Assembly: GCA_041491005.1 (NCBI GenBank)
Contig: JBGPUE010000010.1
Span: 178-64,177, forward strand
Length of the DNA stretch: 64,000 nucleotides
Source of the DNA: Candidatus Binataceae bacterium
Lineage (GTDB): Bacteria; Desulfobacterota; Binatia; Binatales; Binataceae
Reading direction: 5' to 3'
A model generated the notes under the pieces. It worked only from the letters and a program-made list of their open reading frames with translations, ran no database searches and had not been told where the DNA came from. This document shows, one piece after another, positions 55,831-64,000 of this stretch (positions within the stretch are counted from its first letter, which is position 1; every line of letters starts with the position of its first letter). The position numbers and the translations under genes were made by a program.

Positions 55831-57162
55831 TCATTCGATTCCATAGCGTCTGCGTTTGCGCCAGAGCGTGGTGGCGTTGATTCCGAGCGTTGCGGCGGCC
55901 TCATCAAGTGTCGCGCTCTCGGCCAGCACTCGCGCGATATGTTCTCGTTCGACGTCTTCGAGACTCGCGGCAGGCGAGGTGGTGCCCGGCGCCTGCGGTA
56001 TATCGCGGAAGATCGAATCGGGCAGATCGTCGGGCCCGATGGTATCGCTGCGGCTTAGCACCGCGGCGCGCTCAAGAGCGTTACGCAACTCGCGCACGTT
56101 TCCCGGCCATTGATAGCGGGCCAGGGCCGCGCCGGCCTGCGGCGCGAGCCGGAGCTGCGGACGGTGGTTGCGAATCGCCGCCGCACGCAGCATCCACTCC
56201 GCCAGCGCCGGGATGTCCTCGCGGCGCTCGCACAGCGGCGGCACGCGGAGCGTAATCACGTTGAGCCGGTAGAACAGATCTTCGCGGAAGCGGCGCGCCT
56301 TGACCTCGTCTTCCAGATCGCGATTGGACGCGGCGATGATTCGCGCGTCGACCCGGATCGTGCGTTCTCCGCCCACGCGTTCGAAGCTCTGTTCCTGGAC
56401 GAAGCGTAGAAATTTGGTCTGCAGTGCGGCCGAGAGGTCGGCGATCTCGTCGAGAAATACCGTGCCGCCGTCGGCCGCCTCCAGGCGGCCGGGCTTGTCC
56501 TTGATGGCGCCGGTGAATGAACCGCGCATATGGCCGAAGAGCTCGCTTTCGAGCAGCTGCTCCGAGAGCGTCGTGCAGTTGACCACGACGAACGGGCGCT
56601 CGCATCGCGGACTCCATCTGTGAATCTGGCGGGCGAGGACGTTCTTGCCGGTGCCGCTCTCGCCGCTGAGCAGGATCGTCGCCTCGCTGCGCGCAGCCTG
56701 CCGCGCGGTTTCCAGCATGCGAACCATTGCGGCGCTGCGCGATTCCAGCATCGGCATCTCGTCGATAGTCTCGCGTAGCACCTGGTTCTCCGCCTGCAGG
56801 CTGTGCATCTGCAGCGCGCGATCGACCACATGGCGTATCTGGTCGAGCGAGAAAGGCTTGGCAATATAGTCGGAGGCGCCGGCCTTCATCGCGGCCACTG
56901 CGTTCTCGACGGTCGCGTAAGCCGTCATCAGGATCACCGGCGTGTAGGGATGCAGCCGCTTCGCCTCGTTGAGCAGCTCGAGTCCGTTCATCTCCGCCAT
57001 CCGGAAGTCGGTCAAAACCAGATCCAGCGGTCCTGCGGCGAGCGTCTGTATCGCCGCGACGCCGCTGGCGGCTTCGCGCACCTCGTGTCCGAGCGACTGG
57101 AAGAACGCCGCGAGGCTGCGGCGAATGTTCTTCTCGTCGTCGACGATGAGCAGTCGCGCCAT
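55831..57162 (-). CDS. Sigma-54-dependent NtrC-family response regulator (REC, AAA+ and Fis-type HTH)
   Basis: Sequence 'MARLLIVDDE...DLVLTDFRM'. Walker A 'GESGTGKN'. Sigma-54 contact 'GSFTGA'. C-terminal HTH 'AATLGINATTLWRKRRRYGI'. The start ATG overlaps the upstream kinase stop (ATGA). Confidence 0.85.
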   Translation of the reverse strand: MARLLIVDDEKNIRRSLAAFFQSLGHEVREAASGVAAIQTLAAGPLDLVLTDFRMAEMNGLELLNEAKRLHPYTPVILMTAYATVENAVAAMKAGASDYIAKPFSLDQIRHVVDRALQMHSLQAENQVLRETIDEMPMLESRSAAMVRMLETARQAARSEATILLSGESGTGKNVLARQIHRWSPRCERPFVVVNCTTLSEQLLESELFGHMRGSFTGAIKDKPGRLEAADGGTVFLDEIADLSAALQTKFLRFVQEQSFERVGGERTIRVDARIIAASNRDLEDEVKARRFREDLFYRLNVITLRVPPLCERREDIPALAEWMLRAAAIRNHRPQLRLAPQAGAALARYQWPGNVRELRNALERAAVLSRSDTIGPDDLPDSIFRDIPQAPGTTSPAASLEDVEREHIARVLAESATLDEAAATLGINATTLWRKRRRYGIE

Positions 57163-58949
57163 CAGGCCTCCGTCATCGCCGGCAATTCGACTACGAAGCG
57201 GCTGCCGCGATCGCCGTTGCTTTCGACGAAGATCCGGCCGCCGTGTGCCTCGACGATGTCCCTTACGATTGCGAGTCCCAGTCCTGCCGAACCGGCTCCA
57301 CCGCCGTTGGCGGCGTATTGAGCGAAGCGCTCGAAGATGTAGTCGCGAATCTCCGGCGCAATCCCGGGCCCCGAGTCCGCGACTTCGAGTATCACCGTAT
57401 GATTGCGCGGCCGCGCAACGATCTCGATTTTTCCGCCGCTGGGCGTATAGCGCAGCGCATTGCCGATCAGATTGGAGACCATCCACGACAGCTTCACAGG
57501 ATCTCCGTTGAGCTGCGGCACAGGCTCGATGCGCCGCTCAAGCACGACTTGCTTCTCGCGCGCCTGCAGGGCGAAGCGTTCGCTCACCTCCTCCGCGAGG
57601 CGGCCGATGTCGAGCGGCCGGCGCTGCACCGCGATCGCGGCTGCTTCGCCGCGGGCGAGGCTCAGCAGGTTGTCGCTAAGCTGCTTCATCCGCGCGCATT
57701 CCTCAAGGATAGCGCCCAACAACGCCCGCTGTCTTGGCTCCAGGCCCTCATGCTCGCGGCCGAGCAGCTCGGCAGAAAGCGCGAGCGAGGTGAGCGGCGT
57801 GCGGAGCTCATGCGAGAGCGTCGCGACCAGGTTCGTGCGTGCGCGATCCTGATCGCGCAGGTAGGTAACATCCTGCATGATGAGCAGCGTACCCAGCGCG
57901 CCGCCCTCGGGATGGCGCAGCGGCACCGGCTTCAGCACGTAAGAGTGTTCGCGGCCGCGCACGTGGAGTTCCACCTCGATGCGCTGGGCGCCGGAAGCGG
58001 ACTTGCGCGACGTCCTGAGCGCGTCCCGGATGCGCAGGTAGTGCGGATGGTTGCTGCTCAGATCATCGAAGATGCTGCCGAGCGCGTCGGCCGCATCGAT
58101 GCCCAGAATGATCGCCGCGATCTCGTTGATGTGTGCGACGACACCTCCCGAGTCAATCAGCACGACGCCGTCCTCGAGGCTCTCGATGATCGCCTCGGTC
58201 TTGCTCTTCTCATAGACCAGCCGCTCGACGTTGAGCTTCTCATACTGTTCCAGCCGCTCGGCCATCTCGTTGAACTCGCGCGCCACGATATCGAGTTCGG
58301 TGAGTCGCTGCGGGCCGAGCCGCAAATGCGTGTCGCGGCGGCTGATTCCGCGCAGCCGCTCGGCAAGTTCCGTCAGCGGCCTCGACAGTGTCCACGACAG
58401 CCCCCACGACAGTGCCACGCCGGTGAAAATGAGCACCAGCAATCCGGCTGCGAACTCGTAGGTCAGGCGCATGCCAAGCCGCATCGCGCGGCTATCGGCA
58501 CGGAACATCGCCGCCCGGTTCATCTGGATCAGATCGTCGAGCAACCCATGAAGCCGGTCATACCCTGCGTCGCGCTCCGCCTGGGGCTGCCCAGCGGCGA
58601 TCTCGCGAAATAACTCGAGAGCATTCGACTCGACGCTGTGTGCCAGCTCCGGCTCACCCACTTCCGTATGGATATGATTCTCGACGTCAATCCAGTGCAT
58701 AAAGGCAGCGCTCGAGGAGGGCAGCGCCGCGCGCCCTTGGCCCGCACGATCGGCAAGTTGCAACCGCCTGAGCTCTGAGTGCATGTGCTGAGCGGCGTCG
58801 ATGCTGACGTAGTTGCGGTACAGTGTCTCGCGAATCGCACCGCCGAGCCGGTACAAGTGCGGCAGGGCGTATCCGCCAAGAATCAAAACCACCGCCAGCA
58901 TCAGCAACGTACCGTTGCGAATCCGGCCGCGGAGCGATGGCGTCTTCAT
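57162..58949 (-). CDS. Sensor histidine kinase (2 TM, periplasmic sensor, HAMP, PAS, HisKA, HATPase)
   Basis: Sequence 'MKTPSLRGRIRNGTLLMLAVVLILGG' (TM1). H-box 'LSHELRTPLTSL'. Then 'LIGNALRYTPSGG', 'ADSGPGI' and 'GLGLAIV'. The ATG at 58949 overlaps the upstream gene's stop. Confidence 0.85.
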   Translation of the reverse strand: MKTPSLRGRIRNGTLLMLAVVLILGGYALPHLYRLGGAIRETLYRNYVSIDAAQHMHSELRRLQLADRAGQGRAALPSSSAAFMHWIDVENHIHTEVGEPELAHSVESNALELFREIAAGQPQAERDAGYDRLHGLLDDLIQMNRAAMFRADSRAMRLGMRLTYEFAAGLLVLIFTGVALSWGLSWTLSRPLTELAERLRGISRRDTHLRLGPQRLTELDIVAREFNEMAERLEQYEKLNVERLVYEKSKTEAIIESLEDGVVLIDSGGVVAHINEIAAIILGIDAADALGSIFDDLSSNHPHYLRIRDALRTSRKSASGAQRIEVELHVRGREHSYVLKPVPLRHPEGGALGTLLIMQDVTYLRDQDRARTNLVATLSHELRTPLTSLALSAELLGREHEGLEPRQRALLGAILEECARMKQLSDNLLSLARGEAAAIAVQRRPLDIGRLAEEVSERFALQAREKQVVLERRIEPVPQLNGDPVKLSWMVSNLIGNALRYTPSGGKIEIVARPRNHTVILEVADSGPGIAPEIRDYIFERFAQYAANGGGAGSAGLGLAIVRDIVEAHGGRIFVESNGDRGSRFVVELPAMTEA

Positions 58950-60163
58950 CGCGCGTTCTCCTGCTCGGAGTCGCCCACAATCTCGACGTCGACACCACGC
59001 GCCTGCGCGAGTATGCGCATGGTCACATCGAGGTGAAGCCACCGCCGCCAGATCGGCTGATGAGTACGCCCGAGGATGATTTTCGTGATGCCCTTTTCGC
59101 GGGCAAAGTCAAGCATCGTCCTGACGATGTCATCGCCCTTGAGCCAGACTGATTCCGCGCCCAGATCGCCAGCCAGGTTGATGTTGTCGAGCAGCGCCAC
59201 GAAGTCGCTGGTGCGCACCTTGTGCACCGATTCGGACGGCGTTTCCACGTGGATGGCATACCACTCGGCGTTGAGCCGCCCCGCGATACGCGAGGCCTTG
59301 CGCAACAGCTTGTCACCGTCGGCCGGATTGGAGGAGAGCCCGACCATGATCCGCTCGGTGATTTGGAGCCGGCGGCCGCCTTCGCGCTTGAGCGCTTCCT
59401 GCCCTTCGCGCTGGCGGCTGAGCCCGCGCGCAACCTCACGAAGAGCCATCTCGCGCAACGAGGCAAGATTGCTCGGCTTGAAGAAGTTTCGCAGCGCCTG
59501 CTCGATCTGCGCGGCAGGATAGATCTTGCCTTCTCGCAGCCGCTCACGGAGCGCCTCGACCGTCACGTCGACGTTTACGACCTGATCCGCACGCGCAAGG
59601 AAGGCGTCGGGCACGGTCTCGCGCACCTCGATACCCGTCACCCGTTTCATCAGCGGGTTGAGGCTCTCGACGTGCTGGATGTTCATCGCCGAGATGACGT
59701 TGATGCCTGCGGCAACCAGATCCTCGACGTCCTGGTAGCGCTTTTCGTGTTTGGAGCCGGGTACGTTGGTATGCGCCAGCTCGTCGACGATCGCGACCTC
59801 CGGTTTGCGCGCGAGGATGGCGTCGACATCCATCTCCTGCAACGTCACGCCCCGGTGCGCAATCGTGCGGCGCGGGACGACCTCCAATCCCGCGATTTTC
59901 TCGGCAGTTTCGGCGCGCCCATGAGTCTCGACCACCCCGATTACAGCGTCGACGCCTTTGGCGCGCAGCTGATGCGCCTCTTCGAGCATCTCGTACGTCT
60001 TGCCGACACCCGCTGCAGCGCCGACGTAGATCTTGAGGCGGCCCTTGAACGCCTGCGGAACGAGATCGAGAAACGACTCGGGCTCGGGGCGCACATCGTC
60101 AGGGGGCCGGGCAGAGCCACGGTCCGCTTCACCCTTCGGCGACTGCGTCATTCGCCAAGTCAT
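58946..60163 (-). CDS. kdpD: KdpD N-terminal sensor domain plus Usp domain protein (split KdpD, no transmembrane or kinase part)
   Basis: Sequence 'LKIYVGAAAGVGKTYEMLEEAHQLRAKGVDAVIGVVETHGRAET' is the KdpD N-domain P-loop. The Usp-like C-terminal half follows. Confidence 0.8.
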   Translation of the reverse strand: MTWRMTQSPKGEADRGSARPPDDVRPEPESFLDLVPQAFKGRLKIYVGAAAGVGKTYEMLEEAHQLRAKGVDAVIGVVETHGRAETAEKIAGLEVVPRRTIAHRGVTLQEMDVDAILARKPEVAIVDELAHTNVPGSKHEKRYQDVEDLVAAGINVISAMNIQHVESLNPLMKRVTGIEVRETVPDAFLARADQVVNVDVTVEALRERLREGKIYPAAQIEQALRNFFKPSNLASLREMALREVARGLSRQREGQEALKREGGRRLQITERIMVGLSSNPADGDKLLRKASRIAGRLNAEWYAIHVETPSESVHKVRTSDFVALLDNINLAGDLGAESVWLKGDDIVRTMLDFAREKGITKIILGRTHQPIWRRWLHLDVTMRILAQARGVDVEIVGDSEQENAR

Positions 60164-60238
60164 TTGCGCGGCTGCCCTGTCGATCCGGTCTCGGCAGGGA
60201 TCCCTTCCTATTATCCATCTAAGGTCAGCTCGATAGTA

Positions 60239-60844
60239 TCATCTCTCGTTGCGAACTTGCCGAGTGCGGTCCGGGGACAATGCGTCGAGGGCGAGGTTCA
60301 GGCGCAAAACATTCACCCCGGGCTCGCCGAAGATTTCGGCCCATCGCCGACTTGTATTCACCCTGACTAGCCGGCGTACCGCGTCTTCGGCCAAGCCTCT
60401 GGTCTTTGCGACGCGGGCGACCTGGATATCCGCGGCGGCCGGGCTGATCTCGGGATCCAATCCACTACCCGACGCAGTGACCAGATCGATCGGTACCTGT
60501 GCCGGCCGCACGCCCTCGGTTTCGACCACCGCCTTGAGCCGCGTCTGGACGGCGTCGATCAGCGTCTTGCTGGTTGGGCCGAGGTTCGAGCCGCCCGAAC
60601 TCAATCCATCGTAGCCCTTCGCCCCAGCCGTTGAGGGCCGCCCGTGAAAGTTGCGCGCACTTGAGAAGTTCTGTCCGATAAGTGACGACCCGACCAGCTT
60701 GCCGTTCACATATACGAGGCTGCCATTGGCCTGTAGCGGGAAGAGCAACTGGGCCACCGCCCAGACTGCCAGCGGGTAGATGACGCCCGTTAGCAACGTC
60801 ATCACCACGGTAAGCCGGGTTGCGATCCACAGTGAACGCATCAT
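60239..60844 (-). CDS. kdpC: Potassium-transporting ATPase subunit C
   Basis: 201 aa with a single N-terminal TM. Sequence 'GSGLDPEISPAAADIQVARVA'. Confidence 0.9.
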   Translation of the reverse strand: MMRSLWIATRLTVVMTLLTGVIYPLAVWAVAQLLFPLQANGSLVYVNGKLVGSSLIGQNFSSARNFHGRPSTAGAKGYDGLSSGGSNLGPTSKTLIDAVQTRLKAVVETEGVRPAQVPIDLVTASGSGLDPEISPAAADIQVARVAKTRGLAEDAVRRLVRVNTSRRWAEIFGEPGVNVLRLNLALDALSPDRTRQVRNER

Positions 60845-60851
60845 CTGTACC

Positions 60852-62894
60852 TCAGGCCAGATGCAGAGCAGTAATCATCAGATCGATCGCCTTGATCCCG
60901 ATGAACGGAACTACCACTCCGCCGAATCCATAAATGAAGAGATTGCGCGTGAAGATCGCGGCAGCGCCCAATGGCCGATACCGCACGCCGCGCAGCGCAA
61001 GCGGGATTAGCGCGATGATAATCAGGGCATTGAAGATGACTGCAGAGAGGATCGCGCTTTGGGGCGTCGCGAGACGCATCACGTTGAGCGCCTGGAGCTC
61101 GGGATAGCCAACCACGAACATGGCCGGGATGATCGCGAAATACTTGGCGACATCGTTGGCGATCGAGAACGTGGTCAATGCGCCACGCGTCATCAGCAAC
61201 TGCTTGCCGATCTCGACCACCTCCATGATCTTGGTCGGATTCGAATCGAGATCGACCATGTTGCCGGCCTCGCGCGCGGCCTGAGTGCCGGCGTTCATTG
61301 CGATACCCACGTCGGCCTGCGCCAGCGCCGGCGCATCGTTGGTGCCGTCGCCGATCATCGCGACCAGCTTGCCTTGCGCCTGTTCCTCGCGGATCAATCT
61401 GAGCTTGGCTTCAGGAGTGGCCTCGGCCAGAAAGCCGCCGACTCCCGACTCGCGAGCGATTGCCGCCGCGGTTAGAGCGTTATCGCCGGTGATCATCACC
61501 GTTCGCATGCCCATCGCATGCAGCCGCTCGAAGCGTTCGCGGATGCCCTCCTTGATGACGTCCTTCAGATGGATGACGCCGAGCGCGCGCGGCCCATCGG
61601 CCACCACCAGCGGCGTGCCACCATCGCGCGCGATTCGCTCGACAGCCGCGGCGAGATCGGCTGGCACGGTACCACCCTGCTCGCGCACGAACGCGATGAC
61701 CTGATCGGCGGCGCCTTTGCGGATGCTGCGGTTTGCGATATTGACGCCGCTCATCCGCGTCTGAGCAGAGAATGGGATGAACTCGACACCGTCCTCGGAC
61801 AGTGGACGGCCGCGGAGATTGAAATCACGCTTGGCGAGCACCATGATCGACCGCCCCTCCGGTGTCTCATCAGCGAGCGAGGCGAACTGTGCGGCCTCTG
61901 CCAGCGCGGCGATCTCGACGCCCTCGACCGGAACGAACTCGTACGCCATCCGATTGCCCAGCGTGATCGTACCGGTCTTATCCAGCAACAGCGTATCGAC
62001 GTCACCCGCCGCCTCGACCGCCCGCCCGGACATCGCGAGCACGTTGTGCTGCACCAGCCGGTCCATGCCGGCAATTCCGATCGCGGACAGCAACCCGCCA
62101 ATGGTGGTCGGAATAAGACAGACCAGCAACGACACCAGCACTGGCAGCGAAAGAGCTACGCTTGCGTACCGTGCGAACGGATAGAGTGAGACAATCACCA
62201 GCATAAAGATGATAGTCAGTCCGGCAAGAAGGATTTCGAGTGCGATTTCGTTGGGTGTCTTCTGACGCCGTGCGCCTTCGACCAGGGCGATCATCCTGTC
62301 CAGGAAGGTTTCACCCGGGTTGGCAGTGATGCGGACCTTAATCCAGTCCGAGATCACGGTCGTGCCGCCGGTGACCGCACTGCGATCGCCGCCGCTCTCA
62401 CGAATCACGGGCGCCGATTCGCCGGTGATCGCGGCCTCGTTGACCGCGGCGACGCCTTCGATCACTTCGCCGTCGCCCGGGATCACCTCGCCTGCCTCGA
62501 CCAGTACTACGTCGCCACGCCTGAGCGAGGTCGCAGAGACCAATGTGGTCGCGCTGGTTTCGGTCACGAGTTTGGCCTGGGTCTCGATGCGGGTCTTGCG
62601 CAGATTGTCGGCCTGCGCCTTGCCGCGGCCCTCGGCCATCGCTTCTGCGAAATTGGCGAACAGCACTGTGAACCAAAGCCATAGCGTGATTTGCAGTTCG
62701 AAGACCGCCAGCGCGTGGCGTCCGGCTGCGAAATCGCGGATCAGGATCATCGCGGTCATGAGGCTGGTGACTTCGACCACGAACATCACCGGATTGCGAA
62801 TCATCAGGCGCGGATCGAGTTTGTACAACGCATCCAGGGCCGCACGCGTAACGATCGCGCGATCCCATACAGCAATCTGCTTTTTCGATGCCAT
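60852..62894 (-). CDS. kdpB: Potassium-transporting P-type ATPase subunit B
   Basis: Motifs '[10 protein letters not shown]' and '[16 protein letters not shown]'. 680 aa. Confidence 0.95.
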   Translation of the reverse strand: MASKKQIAVWDRAIVTRAALDALYKLDPRLMIRNPVMFVVEVTSLMTAMILIRDFAAGRHALAVFELQITLWLWFTVLFANFAEAMAEGRGKAQADNLRKTRIETQAKLVTETSATTLVSATSLRRGDVVLVEAGEVIPGDGEVIEGVAAVNEAAITGESAPVIRESGGDRSAVTGGTTVISDWIKVRITANPGETFLDRMIALVEGARRQKTPNEIALEILLAGLTIIFMLVIVSLYPFARYASVALSLPVLVSLLVCLIPTTIGGLLSAIGIAGMDRLVQHNVLAMSGRAVEAAGDVDTLLLDKTGTITLGNRMAYEFVPVEGVEIAALAEAAQFASLADETPEGRSIMVLAKRDFNLRGRPLSEDGVEFIPFSAQTRMSGVNIANRSIRKGAADQVIAFVREQGGTVPADLAAAVERIARDGGTPLVVADGPRALGVIHLKDVIKEGIRERFERLHAMGMRTVMITGDNALTAAAIARESGVGGFLAEATPEAKLRLIREEQAQGKLVAMIGDGTNDAPALAQADVGIAMNAGTQAAREAGNMVDLDSNPTKIMEVVEIGKQLLMTRGALTTFSIANDVAKYFAIIPAMFVVGYPELQALNVMRLATPQSAILSAVIFNALIIIALIPLALRGVRYRPLGAAAIFTRNLFIYGFGGVVVPFIGIKAIDLMITALHLA

Positions 62895-62900
62895 GACTTC

Positions 62901-64000
62901 CTAGAAAAGCCTGCCGGTCATCATTGCGAGCTGTTCAACAATCGGGCCGAGCGCGAGTGCCGGAAAGAAGGTCAGCGCGCCCACGATCACGACAACGGAA
63001 ACCAGCAGTACCACGAAGGTCGCACCGTTGGTGGGAAAAGTCCCGGCGCTCGGCGCCGCGATTTTCTTGCCGGCCAGCGAACCCGCGATCGCCAGCGCGG
63101 GAATCGCCATCATGAAGCGGCCGGAGAGCATCGTGATTCCGAGGGTCACGTTGTAGAAGGTCGTGTTGGCGTTGAGCCCCGCGAACGCCGACCCGTTATT
63201 TGCCACTGCCGATGAGAATGCATAGAGAATTTCCGAAAAGCCATGCGGCCCCATATTGGCGCGGCTCGCAAGCCCCGCCTCGGTGACGCTTGCGGCGGCT
63301 GCGGGCAGCAGGATAAGCGCGGGGAAGATCAGCACGTAGAGCATCACCAGCTTCATCTCGCGCGCCTGAATCTTCTTACCCAGGTATTCTGGCGTGCGGC
63401 CCACCATCAGCCCTGCGATGAAGACCGCGAGCACCGCCATCACGAGCATCCCGTACAAGCCCGATCCCACGCCGCCAAAAACCACTTCGCCCAGATGCAG
63501 GTTCACCAGCGCCATCAGCCCGCCCAATGGCGTGAAGCTGTCATGCATCGAGTTAACCGAGCCGTTGGAGGCCGCGGTCGTGGCCGTCTCCCAAATCCCG
63601 GAGCTGACGATGCCGAAGCGGACTTCCTTGCCCTCCATGTTGCCACCGCTTTGACCGCCGGTGGCTGCCTGATTGATTCCCATGCTCGCGAACTGCGGGT
63701 TGCCATGCTGCTCCGACCAGACCGCGGGCACGAGCGTCATCACATAGAGCACGGCCATCGCGGCAAACAACGCCCATCCTTGCCGCATGTCGCCGGCCAT
63801 CTTGCCGAACGTCAAAGTGAGCGCTCCGCCGAGCGCCAGGATTGCCAGCATCTCGATCAGATTTGTCAGCCTGGTCGGATTCTCGTACGGATGCGCCGAG
63901 TTGGCGTTGAAGAAGCCGCCGCCGTTGGTGCCGAGCTGTTTGATTGCGATTTGCGACGCGACGGGGCCCTGCGGGATGGTCTGCGCAGCGCCTTCGAGCG
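62901..64000 (-). CDS. kdpA: Potassium-transporting ATPase subunit A (C-terminal about 365 aa; gene continues beyond window end)
   Basis: Matches KdpA from about residue 255 onward. Reading upstream of the listed Met gives '[22 protein letters not shown]' with no stop before the window edge. Confidence 0.9.
   Translation of the reverse strand, partial: LEGAAQTIPQGPVASQIAIKQLGTNGGGFFNANSAHPYENPTRLTNLIEMLAILALGGALTLTFGKMAGDMRQGWALFAAMAVLYVMTLVPAVWSEQHGNPQFASMGINQAATGGQSGGNMEGKEVRFGIVSSGIWETATTAASNGSVNSMHDSFTPLGGLMALVNLHLGEVVFGGVGSGLYGMLVMAVLAVFIAGLMVGRTPEYLGKKIQAREMKLVMLYVLIFPALILLPAAAASVTEAGLASRANMGPHGFSEILYAFSSAVANNGSAFAGLNANTTFYNVTLGITMLSGRFMMAIPALAIAGSLAGKKIAAPSAGTFPTNGATFVVLLVSVVVIVGALTFFPALALGPIVEQLAMMTGRLF

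Noticed and set aside
57163-57486. ORF-track N-terminal extension of the sigma-54 regulator to 57486
   Set aside because: The receiver domain begins at 'MARLLIVDDE' (57162). The extension overlaps the histidine kinase C-terminus out of frame.
63851-63853. ORF-track start of kdpA at 63851
   Set aside because: Translation continues in frame upstream ('...[22 protein letters not shown]') to the window edge. It matches KdpA residues before position about 255, so the gene is truncated by the window, not by a start codon here.
1-64000. Searched by eye for tRNA/rRNA genes, CRISPR repeats, IS/transposase, integrase and phage genes
   Set aside because: I found no T-loop 'GGTTCGAATCC'-type motifs and no direct-repeat arrays. 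No ORF has transposase or integrase motifs. The only mobile/defence-like trace is the decayed GHKL ATPase at 48.7-49.5 kb.

Overview
High-GC (about 65% by eye) bacterial chromosomal window, densely coding, with many GTG starts and ATGA stop/start overlaps. The genes suggest a Gram-negative, RpoN-using organism. I found no rRNA, tRNA, CRISPR array, IS element or integrase.

Gene order as I read it:
- (1) 0.2-7.5 kb: a three-gene glycan-modification block. It holds a double GT-A (GT2) enzyme, a 1406-aa methyltransferase–GT-B–GT-B–methyltransferase megaenzyme, and a stand-alone methyltransferase paralogous to that megaenzyme's C-terminal domain.
- (2) 8.6-17.4 kb: a single 2954-aa cyclic beta-1,2-glucan synthase (Cgs/NdvB/ChvB type), preceded on the same strand by a small RRM RNA-binding protein.
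- (3) 18.5-34 kb: housekeeping and accessory enzymes. These are a tandem-cupin protein, two paralogous SDRs, an alpha/beta hydrolase, amidohydrolases, an acyl-ACP desaturase-like diiron protein, a short LMW phosphatase, an AKR, MgtA, a flavin monooxygenase, Prs and PssA.
- (4) 34.1-41.2 kb: a stress/dormancy-type island. It holds an HPF–cold-shock-domain fusion, archease–RtcB, two UspA paralogues, a 66-aa ORF, Hsp20, a DksA/TraR zinc-finger protein, dienelactone hydrolase and phosphoribosyltransferase. I see sigma-54-type (GG-N10-GC) promoter motifs in front of hpf, archease–rtcB, usp and hsp20. I think this putative sigma-54 stress regulon is the most interesting unexplained regulatory structure in the window.
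- (5) 41.2-47.8 kb: a LysM L,D-transpeptidase with a DUF882/M15A (MepK-like) peptidase, then the NAD-dependent formate dehydrogenase genes fdsG-fdsB-fdsA.
- (6) 48.3-49.7 kb: a gene graveyard with an enoyl-CoA hydratase 3' fragment and a frameshifted GHKL (MORC/Hsp90-like) ATPase.
- (7) 49.7-55.7 kb: a catabolic set of D-aminoacylase, amidohydrolase_2, VOC and two acyl-CoA dehydrogenases.
- (8) 55.8-64.0 kb: kdpA (partial)-kdpB-kdpC, followed by a split KdpD-N/Usp protein, an unrelated periplasmic-sensing histidine kinase, and a sigma-54-dependent NtrC-type response regulator in place of the usual OmpR-type KdpE.

All functional calls come from motifs I read in the translations. I ran no database searches.
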